From Eubacteriales bacterium (GTDB lineage Bacteria; Bacillota; Clostridia; Oscillospirales; CAG-272): a stretch of 32,970 nucleotides of DNA. The stretch is taken from contig JBGVKA010000070.1 of assembly GCA_045129715.1 (NCBI GenBank), positions 1 to 32,970 on the forward strand, in the 5' to 3' direction. The notes beneath the pieces were generated by a model. The model saw nothing but the letters and a program-made list of their open reading frames with translations, did not search any database and had not been told where the DNA came from. Within the stretch, counting starts at the first letter, position 1. Each line of letters starts with the position of its first letter. Below are positions 16,637 through 25,600 of this stretch, in pieces. A program made the position numbers and the translations under genes.

Positions 16637-19600
16637 ATGAAGGAGCTTATGAGAAAGCTAACGTCTCTCATAACGGCTGACAAGGAATTCGAGTCGCTCG
16701 TTTCCTTGGCGAAGGAAGAGCTGAAAAAGGGCGAGAGGCTTCCTATTGCGGTTAACGGACTGTCGGGAGGTGCTCATTACGCCTTTATTGCCGAGGCTTC
16801 AAGACGGCTTTTTGCCGAAACGGGAGCCCCCGTTCTTATCCTTGCGGGTAGTGACGCGGAGCGTGACGCAATACTGGCAAGCCTTCTTTCGTCGGGAGTC
16901 CGTGCCGCCGTTTACAAAAAGCGTGATTTCGTATTTCATAACATTTCTGCCTCCCACGACGTCGAGCGTGAGAGGCTTTCGGTGCTTCTTGCAATTGCAG
17001 AATGTGAGCTTGAGGCGGTCGTCACCACGCCCGATGCCGCGATAAGCAGAACTATTCCGTACGCCTCGCTCGTAAGACTTGCAACGACGCTTGAGCTTGG
17101 CGCGACTCTTTCTCCCGAGGTGCTCTCCGAAAGGCTCTCGACTATGGGCTTTAAAAGAGTTGAGTCGGTTGAGTCCGCAGGTCAGTACGCTCGCCGCGGA
17201 GGTATCGTGGATTTCTTCGTGAACTCTGACGATAACCCCATCCGTGTGGAGTTTTTCGGTGATGAAATAGACAGAATAGTCTCCTTTGACGTCATTACGC
17301 AAAGGGCGGTAGAGGTGAAAAAGACCGTTAAGCTTCTTCCTGCCGTTGAAATTATGATAGACGGTGGCGGAAGAGAAAGAATAAAAAAGGAGCTTGAAAG
17401 GCTTATCTCAAGAGCCTCGGGTGACGAGGCACTCTCCACCTTGAAGGAGGAGCTTGCCGCCATCGAGGGAGATCTTATCCCTAACTCAAGAGATAAATTC
17501 TTAGGACTTATATACGAGGAGCACGAGACTCTCCTTTCCTACTTCACGAAGGCGTCGGGAAGCGTGGTTCTTACCGTAGGCACGAACGAGGGCGAGGAGC
17601 TTCTCAGAGGCTTTATCGGTGAGATCGCGGAGAGAGTAAGGCTCCTTACGGATAATTCGCTTATAAGCGAGAAATATACGAAATATACCGCAACGGCGGA
17701 CGAATACGGTAAATTTCTTGAGTCCGCGCTTGCCATTCACATAAATCCCTTCTCGGGAGCCGGCGGACTTTCGAGGCTTTCGGGACTCTTCTCCTTCAAA
17801 ACGAGAAGGACCGTCGGATACGGAAAAAATCCGAAGATGCTCCTTGAGGACGTTGCTACGCTCTCAAAGAGCGGATACAGAATAGTCATAGCCTGCCCGA
17901 ATAACGCGAGTCTTGATTCGGTGAGGGGGCTTCTCACCGATGCGGGATACGTTTCTACCGTTAGCGAGGGCGAGAGCCTATCGATCGACGGCAAGGGCGG
18001 TATCACGCTTACCGTGGGTGATTTTGCAGGCTTTGAGCTTATAGGACCGAGAATAGCTTTACTTTCTATGGCTGAGGATGAGGGGCGCGCGGTGATGGCT
18101 CACAGACGCCGTCAGCGTATTCTTCGTCGCTCCGGCGGAGCAGGACAGAAGATAATGAGCTACGCGGAGCTTGAGATAGGCGACTACGTTGTTCACGCCA
18201 ATTACGGTATAGGTCTTTTCGAGGGTATACAGAGCGTTCGCATAGACGGAGTTACAAGAGATTATATAACGATAAAATACGCCGGCACCGACAAGCTCTT
18301 CGTTCCCTGCGACAGACTTGAGATGATCGGAAAATATATGGGCGCGAGAGAAAACGACGGAAGCGTTAAGCTCTCGAAGATGGGCGGCACCGATTGGCAT
18401 AAGACAAAGAGCCGCGCAAAGGCCTCCGCCAAGGATATGGCGGCAAAGCTCATAAAGCTTTATGCGGAGCGCGAAAGACTCCCCGGCTTTGCCTTCCCGA
18501 AGGACTCCGAGCTTGAGGAGGAATTCGCGGCAAGCTTTGAGCACGAGGAGACCGACGCTCAGCTTCAGGCAATAGCGGAGATCAAGGCGGATATGATGAA
18601 GCCGATCCCCATGAACCGTCTTCTTTGCGGAGACGTTGGCTTTGGAAAGACCGAGGTGGCACTGAGAGCCGCGTTTAAGGCTATTATGGGCGGTAAGCAG
18701 GTCGCGATCCTCGTCCCGACTACGATACTCGCGCTTCAGCATTACAGCACCGCGGTATCGAGAATGCGAGGCTATCCCGTCAATATAGAAATGCTGACGA
18801 GATTCAAAACTCCGAAGCAGCAGGAAAAAATAAAAAGTGATATAAAGAGCGGAAAGATAGACGTTCTTATCGGTACGCATAAGCTCTTCGCCAAGGACGT
18901 GGAATTCAGAAATCTCGGCTTGCTAATAGTTGACGAGGAGCAGAGATTTGGCGTTGCACAAAAGGAAAAGCTTAAGGAAATGTCAACAAATATTGACGTT
19001 TTAACTCTTAGTGCAACCCCTATACCGCGAACGCTCAATATGGCGATCAACGGAATAAGTGATATGTCCGTGCTCGATGAGGCACCGGAAAACCGCAGAC
19101 CTATTCAAACCTACGTTCTTGAGCACGACGACGTTATTATCGAGGACGCTATCAAAAAGGAGATTGCAAGAGGCGGTCAGGTCCTCTATCTTTTCAACAA
19201 CACTGACACTATTTCTTACGTTGCGGGAAAGATATCGAGAGCTATCCCCGAGGCTCGAGTGGCGTATGCTCACGGAAAAATGGAGCGTGACGAGATAGAG
19301 GATATATGGCAGGCTCTCGTTGCGGGCGAGATAGACGTTCTCGTATGTACCACGATAATCGAGACGGGCGTGGATCTGCCGATGGCAAACACTCTGATAA
19401 TAGAAAACGCGGACAGAATGGGACTCTCCCAGCTTCACCAGATAAGAGGACGAGTCGGAAGAAGTGAGCGTCAGGCTTACGCCTTCTTCACCTACCGCGC
19501 AGGCAAGGTGCTGAGCGAGATAGCCACGAAGCGACTTTCTGCAATAAGAGAGTACGCGGAATTCGGTGCAGGCTTCAAGGTTGCTCTTCGCGATCTTGAG

Positions 19601-20167
19601 ATACGCGGAGCGGGAAATCTTCTCGGCAAGGAGCAGCACGGATATATAGACAGCGTTGGATACGACCTTTACGTAAAGCTTCTTAACGAGGCGGTGCTTG
19701 AGGAAAAGGGCGAGGAGGTGCCGAGGCTCTTTGAGTCCACGATAGACTTCAAGGTAGACGCGCATATTCCAGAATTTTATATAACGTCGAGCGCGCTCAG
19801 AATGGACGTTTACAAGAAGATATCTCTCATCAGAACTCCGAAGGATAAGGATGAGGTATACGACGAGCTTATAGACAGATTCGGTGATATGCCAAAGTCG
19901 GTATCGAGACTCCTTAGCGTTGCGCTTTGCAGAGCTATTGCGGAGGAGGCGCGCATTCCGAGGATCGAGCATAAGGGCTCATCGATACTGTTCTATATGG
20001 ATAAGCCCGATCTTTCGATCTGGTCGGGAGTTCTTGCAAATCATCAGGGTAAGCTTATCGGCGGTGCAGGTCCCGCTCCGATAGTTTACCGATTGAGAAG
20101 CGGTGAGGAGCCGCTTGGGGCACTGCTTTCGGTGCTCACCGATTATTACGCTGAATTAAAGTCTTAA
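16637..20167 (+). CDS. mfd: Transcription-repair coupling factor
   Basis: RGGIVD, GDYVVHANYGIG, GDVGFGKTEVA, DEEQRFG, TLSATPIPRTL, QIRGRVGRS and DLEIRGAGNLLG. Confidence 0.98.
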   Translation: MKELMRKLTSLITADKEFESLVSLAKEELKKGERLPIAVNGLSGGAHYAFIAEASRRLFAETGAPVLILAGSDAERDAILASLLSSGVRAAVYKKRDFVFHNISASHDVERERLSVLLAIAECELEAVVTTPDAAISRTIPYASLVRLATTLELGATLSPEVLSERLSTMGFKRVESVESAGQYARRGGIVDFFVNSDDNPIRVEFFGDEIDRIVSFDVITQRAVEVKKTVKLLPAVEIMIDGGGRERIKKELERLISRASGDEALSTLKEELAAIEGDLIPNSRDKFLGLIYEEHETLLSYFTKASGSVVLTVGTNEGEELLRGFIGEIAERVRLLTDNSLISEKYTKYTATADEYGKFLESALAIHINPFSGAGGLSRLSGLFSFKTRRTVGYGKNPKMLLEDVATLSKSGYRIVIACPNNASLDSVRGLLTDAGYVSTVSEGESLSIDGKGGITLTVGDFAGFELIGPRIALLSMAEDEGRAVMAHRRRQRILRRSGGAGQKIMSYAELEIGDYVVHANYGIGLFEGIQSVRIDGVTRDYITIKYAGTDKLFVPCDRLEMIGKYMGARENDGSVKLSKMGGTDWHKTKSRAKASAKDMAAKLIKLYAERERLPGFAFPKDSELEEEFAASFEHEETDAQLQAIAEIKADMMKPIPMNRLLCGDVGFGKTEVALRAAFKAIMGGKQVAILVPTTILALQHYSTAVSRMRGYPVNIEMLTRFKTPKQQEKIKSDIKSGKIDVLIGTHKLFAKDVEFRNLGLLIVDEEQRFGVAQKEKLKEMSTNIDVLTLSATPIPRTLNMAINGISDMSVLDEAPENRRPIQTYVLEHDDVIIEDAIKKEIARGGQVLYLFNNTDTISYVAGKISRAIPEARVAYAHGKMERDEIEDIWQALVAGEIDVLVCTTIIETGVDLPMANTLIIENADRMGLSQLHQIRGRVGRSERQAYAFFTYRAGKVLSEIATKRLSAIREYAEFGAGFKVALRDLEIRGAGNLLGKEQHGYIDSVGYDLYVKLLNEAVLEEKGEEVPRLFESTIDFKVDAHIPEFYITSSALRMDVYKKISLIRTPKDKDEVYDELIDRFGDMPKSVSRLLSVALCRAIAEEARIPRIEHKGSSILFYMDKPDLSIWSGVLANHQGKLIGGAGPAPIVYRLRSGEEPLGALLSVLTDYYAELKS

Positions 20168-20180
20168 AAAGAGGAAAAGT

Positions 20181-21506
20181 ATGGCAAACAAAAAGAATTT
20201 TAAAAAAGGAACGGCATCTGCCGTTAAAACCAAAAAGAAGCCCTTGACAGAGGAGGAGCGCGCAAAAAGAACGCGCCGCACGGTCATTATCGTGCTCAGT
20301 GCAATACTTGCCGCCGCGATCGTTTTCGGCATAGTGCTCGGAGTTGTGACGCTCGTCAGAAGTGCCTCGTACGTTATGACGCTTGACAGAGTCGGCATCG
20401 ACAAGGGCGTTGCATCCTTCCTTATAAGTATTTATAAGCACGACTATATTGAAACGCTTCTCAACAACGGGATAGATGCCTCCGATTCGAATGAATTCTG
20501 GCTTAAAAAACGTTACACGGGTACCGAGGGAGACCTCTTTAACTACGAGGTTACCGAGTATCTCAAGGGCATAGTTGCGGCAAACGTTTTGTTTGACGAG
20601 TACGCAACGCTCACCGACGAGGATATTTACAAAATCGATTTTGCCGTTCAGGAGGTGCTTAACTTCCAGGCGGGAGGCAGTAAAAAGACCTTCAACGAGC
20701 TCACAAGCTCCATGGGCTTCGATTTTAAGGATTTTAAGCGCGGAACAGAGATGCTTTATAAGCTCAGAGTCGTTTACAATACCGTATTCGGTGAGTCGGG
20801 ATCGAAAATGCAGACGAGCTTTGCCGATTACTGCGATACCTATTACAATGCGAATTATATAAGAGCAAAGATACTCATAATAAGAACTCAGGATACCTAT
20901 AAGTTTGACGAAAACGGCGAGATGATAAAGGGCGAGGACGGAAAATACGAGATCCGTACTCTCACGGAGGAGGAAAAGCTTGAGAGAGCGGATTATATCG
21001 CAAGACTCGACAGCTGTGTTGCTCAGCTTAAAAACAATCCCGATAATACCATAGCATTTAACGACTTCAACAACCTTCTTGACGAGGTGGCGGAAAAGTA
21101 TAAGGAGAACGTGACGTCTGCGGTCAAGAACGGATATTACTTGGCTAAGGGCTCCGATTATACAACGAAGCTTTCGCTTGACGGTATTATCAACGAGGCA
21201 TTTAATCTTGAGGTTGGCGAGATATACACCTGTGAGACGGGTGTTACCGTTGCTGAGGACAACGATAAATCTACCGGATTTTCCTATAAGTGCTACGTTT
21301 ACAAGATGGAGAAGGAGGCTCGCGCGTATAAAAATTCTTCCCTTGAGCATTTCTTCGTGGATTTCAATGCGTTGGCATCCGTTTCGCTTTACGGCGAAAT
21401 CGTTGACGAATATTCTAAGAATGTAGAAATCAAGGATAAATGGGATGCAATAAACCCCGTTGCAATTCCGAGAAACTACAATTATAGAGTTAAGAGCTTT
21501 GTTTAA
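20181..21506 (+). CDS. Membrane-anchored extracytoplasmic protein, probable degenerate PrsA/SurA-like foldase
   Basis: Basic N-terminus plus one TM helix, helical body and YIRAKILI resembling parvulin VRAxHILI. Position after mfd matches clostridial prsA. Confidence 0.5.
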   Translation: MANKKNFKKGTASAVKTKKKPLTEEERAKRTRRTVIIVLSAILAAAIVFGIVLGVVTLVRSASYVMTLDRVGIDKGVASFLISIYKHDYIETLLNNGIDASDSNEFWLKKRYTGTEGDLFNYEVTEYLKGIVAANVLFDEYATLTDEDIYKIDFAVQEVLNFQAGGSKKTFNELTSSMGFDFKDFKRGTEMLYKLRVVYNTVFGESGSKMQTSFADYCDTYYNANYIRAKILIIRTQDTYKFDENGEMIKGEDGKYEIRTLTEEEKLERADYIARLDSCVAQLKNNPDNTIAFNDFNNLLDEVAEKYKENVTSAVKNGYYLAKGSDYTTKLSLDGIINEAFNLEVGEIYTCETGVTVAEDNDKSTGFSYKCYVYKMEKEARAYKNSSLEHFFVDFNALASVSLYGEIVDEYSKNVEIKDKWDAINPVAIPRNYNYRVKSFV

Positions 21507-21572
21507 CCATTGGCAGCGCTGTGCTCTATGCATTCTCAAAAAACGAGTAAAAAAGTAAACAAAAATAGTCAA

Positions 21573-21641
21573 AAAAGTAAAAGAACGCATCACTCTCGGT
21601 TATCAAATGGGATAAAAGAGCAGATGTGTTCTTTTGCTTTT
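21573..21641. terminator. Long bidirectional terminator hairpin
   Basis: AAAAGAACGCATC (21579-21591) / GATGTGTTCTTTT (21623-21635) with inner stems, between convergent genes. Confidence 0.7.
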
Positions 21642-21684
21642 GTTCGTGAGGTGCCGTTGGATTGCGTTTGTGCCTATCCTCGGC

Positions 21685-22503
21685 TCAGATGTCATTATTT
21701 GATTTAAGGGTGGTGTATTCCTTTGGCGAATATCCCGTAAGAGCCTTGAATACCCTGTAAAAATTACGGTCACTGCCGAAGCCGCATTCAAGCGCAATGC
21801 TCAGCATATTGAAATTCTTTTCGGCCATAAGCTTCTTTGCGTATTCGACTCGAAGGGAATTGATGAGCATAGAAAAGCTCGTTCCGGGCAGGTCCTCGAT
21901 AACGTGTGAAATATAGCTTGGACTGTACCCGAGCTCAGCACCGACCGAGGAGCGTGTTAGGTTTTCACGGAAATGCTCGGCTACGTACATTATTATCTCG
22001 GTCAAGGCGTTGTTCTTGATCTCTCTTTTTATCTGCGGCACCTTCTCGGTGTATTCGTTGAGTATGGCGTAGGCGAGAGCCTTTATTTTCATCATAAGGC
22101 GGTGGTTTGCTTCGAGGTCAACGACCTTATCCCCCATGTCCAAAAGATTTTCGCGAACGAAGGATGCGAGTCCAAACGAAGCGGTAAATCCGCAGCACTC
22201 ACCATTTATCAGCGCCATATCGTTCGAAATAAAGTCGGATACAAACGTGTTCGAGGGGATGAGTATCCACCTTTTAGTGCCTTCCTTCGTTTTGAAGCTA
22301 TGCGCTCGGAAGGGGCTTATAACGATAACGTCACCCTCGTGCAGTATTTCGGTCTTTGAATCGACCGTCAGCTCGACCTCGCCCTCAAGGATAAACTGTA
22401 TCTCGGTAAATTGGTGTATTCTCGTCGGAAAATCGTAAATGCCGTCCGCGATGAAGCATTTGACGGAGTTATTAAAGCCGAAGTTTTGTATTGAAACGTA
22501 CAT
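21685..22503 (-). CDS. AraC family transcriptional regulator (cupin + double HTH), no. 1
   Basis: RIHQFTEI cupin, LGYSPSYISH, LRVEYAKKLM and IALECGFGSDRNFYRVFKALTGYSPKEY. Start moved to 22503 because of a GGAGG RBS. Confidence 0.95.
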   Translation of the reverse strand: MYVSIQNFGFNNSVKCFIADGIYDFPTRIHQFTEIQFILEGEVELTVDSKTEILHEGDVIVISPFRAHSFKTKEGTKRWILIPSNTFVSDFISNDMALINGECCGFTASFGLASFVRENLLDMGDKVVDLEANHRLMMKIKALAYAILNEYTEKVPQIKREIKNNALTEIIMYVAEHFRENLTRSSVGAELGYSPSYISHVIEDLPGTSFSMLINSLRVEYAKKLMAEKNFNMLSIALECGFGSDRNFYRVFKALTGYSPKEYTTLKSNNDI

Positions 22504-22539
22504 AAACGTCCTCCGAATAAAAAAGCTTATAGCACTATA

Positions 22540-22593
22540 TGGCACAAATTATACCACATTTGGCACACTTTGTCAATGATTATATGTTAAAAT
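22540..22593. promoter_or_regulatory. Overlapping divergent promoters with candidate AraC direct-repeat sites
   Basis: Minus strand TTGACA(22576-22571)-17-TATAAT(22553-22548). Plus strand TGnTAAAAT (22585-22593) with no good -35. TGGCACA at 22540 and 22561 (21-bp period). Confidence 0.7.
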
Positions 22594-22637
22594 TGAGATA
22601 CTCAAACTAATTTTAATAAATATTTAAGGAGAATTTT

Positions 22638-25600
22638 ATGAAAAGTCGAATTAACGCATTAACTAAGATCACGTTGATCGTGCTTCTCGTTGCTCTTGTC
22701 GTTGCCTCCGTAGCGTTTTCTACGGGCGCGGCTTCCGAGATAGGAGAGAGCGCCTCGGAGGGTAGAACCTTCAAGGATATAACAAAGCTTGACCAAAGGC
22801 TTGAGCTTACAAGACCTCTTGAGGATATCCCACTCACATGGGAGGCAGAGATCAAGGTTGAAGGAACCTCAGACGAGCTTTGCAAGGGTACGCTTTTTGG
22901 TCAGTACGGCGGAAACGGAAAGAACGTTTTCTTCAATTTTGAAATATTCACGGTAAACGGTGTTCCTTCACCTGCTTTGGTATACGTGAATGACTATACG
23001 CCAAAGAGTCAGAACTCGGTCGTGTTCGACAAGAACTCAACTCCTATCAAGGATGCGGACGGAAAAACCAATACCATTGCCGATCACATAGGTGAGTGGG
23101 TACACGTTGCAATCACCACGACCTTGGTCGACGCTTCAACCAATACGTATGATTTTAATTGCTACATAAACGGAAAAAAGGCATACGAAACCGTTCAGAG
23201 AAAGAACGTGATATTCACCGAGTCAAACCTCGAAACAGCACAGAACTCCAACAGATTCGCTCTTGGATCTAATGCTGTTCCCACCGATCCCGTAGAGTTC
23301 CCCGGCTCGATCAGAAAATTAGCCCTTTACGGTAACTCTCTCACCGAAGAGGAGGTGGCTTCGTCTTATAAAAACGGCGTAAACAAAAACGGAACCGATC
23401 TTATCGCATACTACGATATGAGCACGGTTGACGATCTTTGGTACGAGGAGGATCTCTCGGGCAACGGTTATCACCTTGCAAGAGCAGATAAGGTATACAA
23501 CGTCAACAGCGAGGGAAGAGGCGGCTTTGACAAGGCCAACAGACTCACTCTTACGAAAAAGCTCACCGAGACACCTCTTACCGTGGAGGCTGTTATTAAG
23601 ACAACGTCAACGGGATGCACTGTTTTCGGAAATACCACTACTTCCACCGTCGGATGCCTTAATTTTGAGATATACAAATCCCAGCCTGCGCTTTGCTTCC
23701 CCATAGATGCTACGGGAAAGAGAGGCTCGGTGATCTTCTCAACTCCCCTTGAGGGAGTGCAGGGCTTCACTCCCAACGCGAACGAGAAGGACGGTTTTAC
23801 TTATATTGCTATCACCGCTACGCCTACCGGTGTTGAAAACACCTATAATTTTGATTGCTACGTAAACGGTGTTAAGGCTTATGATACGATCACCAATAAG
23901 GTTGCTTATCTCGACGCGGAGCTTATTCAGGCGGCAGGTAATCTTGTTATCGGCGGAAACGGAGGAAGCTCTCAATTCTCAGGAACCATCAGAAGCGTAA
24001 ATCTTTACAACCGCCCGTTGACAGCGGCGGAGATCAGAGCTTCGTATATCTTCGAGAGCACCTTTGACGGTATGATAGCGGGTTATGATATGTCCGATTA
24101 CTCGCATATCAGAAATCCTCAGTTTGAGGCTGATATTTCCGGTAACGGATACCACGCGCAGAAGGCTAATAATACCAACACCGGCAAATGGTTTGACACT
24201 ACCTCGGGCGGTGACAAGGTTGCTGCTTCCGCGGATGCCGCAAAGCCGTATTTCGTTTATAATACGATCGAGCAAATGCCGAGAACCTACGAAATGACCG
24301 TATACGTTAACGGAAACGCCAGTAACGAGGTCTTTTCGAGCACCGTATTCGGCAACTATCCCAATGCGGCTAATTCCTGCATAAACCTTGAGTTCTTCAA
24401 CAAGGGAATCGCGCTCTGTCTTTGGGATTACGACGCAAGTGGAAAGCTTGTGAAGGATACCGTTCAATTCACTTATAAGCCTACGGCTAATCAGTGGCTT
24501 CACCTCGTAGTTACCAACGAAGTCGCCGCGGGCAAGAGCATATATAAGCTTTACATCAACGGCGAGCACGTTGACACCGTAACGAGTAAGCCGAACGTTC
24601 ACGACATAATCGATTCGCAGACCGCAACTCGTTTGTTCTCTCTTGGCGGAAGCGGTGCAAAGAGCTTCAACGGAGGTCTTATAGACTTTGCTCTTTATTC
24701 CGATCCTCTTACCGCTGAGGAGGTAATGGACTCCTTCAGAAACGGTGTTAACAAGTATGATGAGTCTCTTATAGCTTACTACGATCTTAAGACCGTAGCC
24801 GGTGACGACTTCATTCAGGATCTTTCCGGTAACAATCATCACGCATCGAGAAACGATTACACTCTCGCAGAGGGCGGAAGATGGTTCAATATCGACGAGG
24901 AAAGACTTGCGGTATCTAAAAATTACAAAGATGCTCCTCTTACGATTTCGGCAGAGATCTATATCCCCGAAAGCGTAAATAAGGCAAATACCATTTTCGG
25001 TAATTTTTACGCGAGAGACTACATCAACTTTGAGATCACCTCTAATAATAAGGCGGCTCTCGTTATCAACGAGCTCCCCGAAAATCTTATAACCTCGAAC
25101 AGCACTGCGTATATCCACTCTATCGTCTTCAACGAGGAGATCCCTCGCGGAGAATGGACCACCCTTACCGTAGTATACGATAAGTATTGCACCACCGACG
25201 ACAGATACGCTCTTTACGTTGACGGCGTTAAGTCCACCGCAGGATACACCTTCGGCGGTATTCACAACGATAAGAACAGTGCGGGAAACAAGATAGTTTC
25301 TCACACCTTCGAGCTTGATATGGAATGGATCCAGAGAGCTATTCCTTTCACTCTCGGAAGAGACGCAACCAAGTGCTTCCAGGGTAAGATAAAGAATCTC
25401 GCTCTTTACTCCGAGCCTCTTTCGGAAGAGCAGATCGCAAGCATTACGGCAAACGGCGTTGATATGACAAGCCGCGAGCTCTTTGCTTACTACAACCTCG
25501 ATAACCCCGAGAACACCAAGACCTTCGTTAAGGACGAGACCGGCAACGGCTACGACTTTACCTACAGATTCTTCGAGAGCGAGAACGAGGAGACCTACGA

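Noticed and set aside
22504-22545. Longer N-terminus for AraC no. 1 given by the ORF track
   Set aside because: The ATG at 22545 lies within the promoter region. The ATG at 22503 has a GGAGG RBS and matches the paralog's length.
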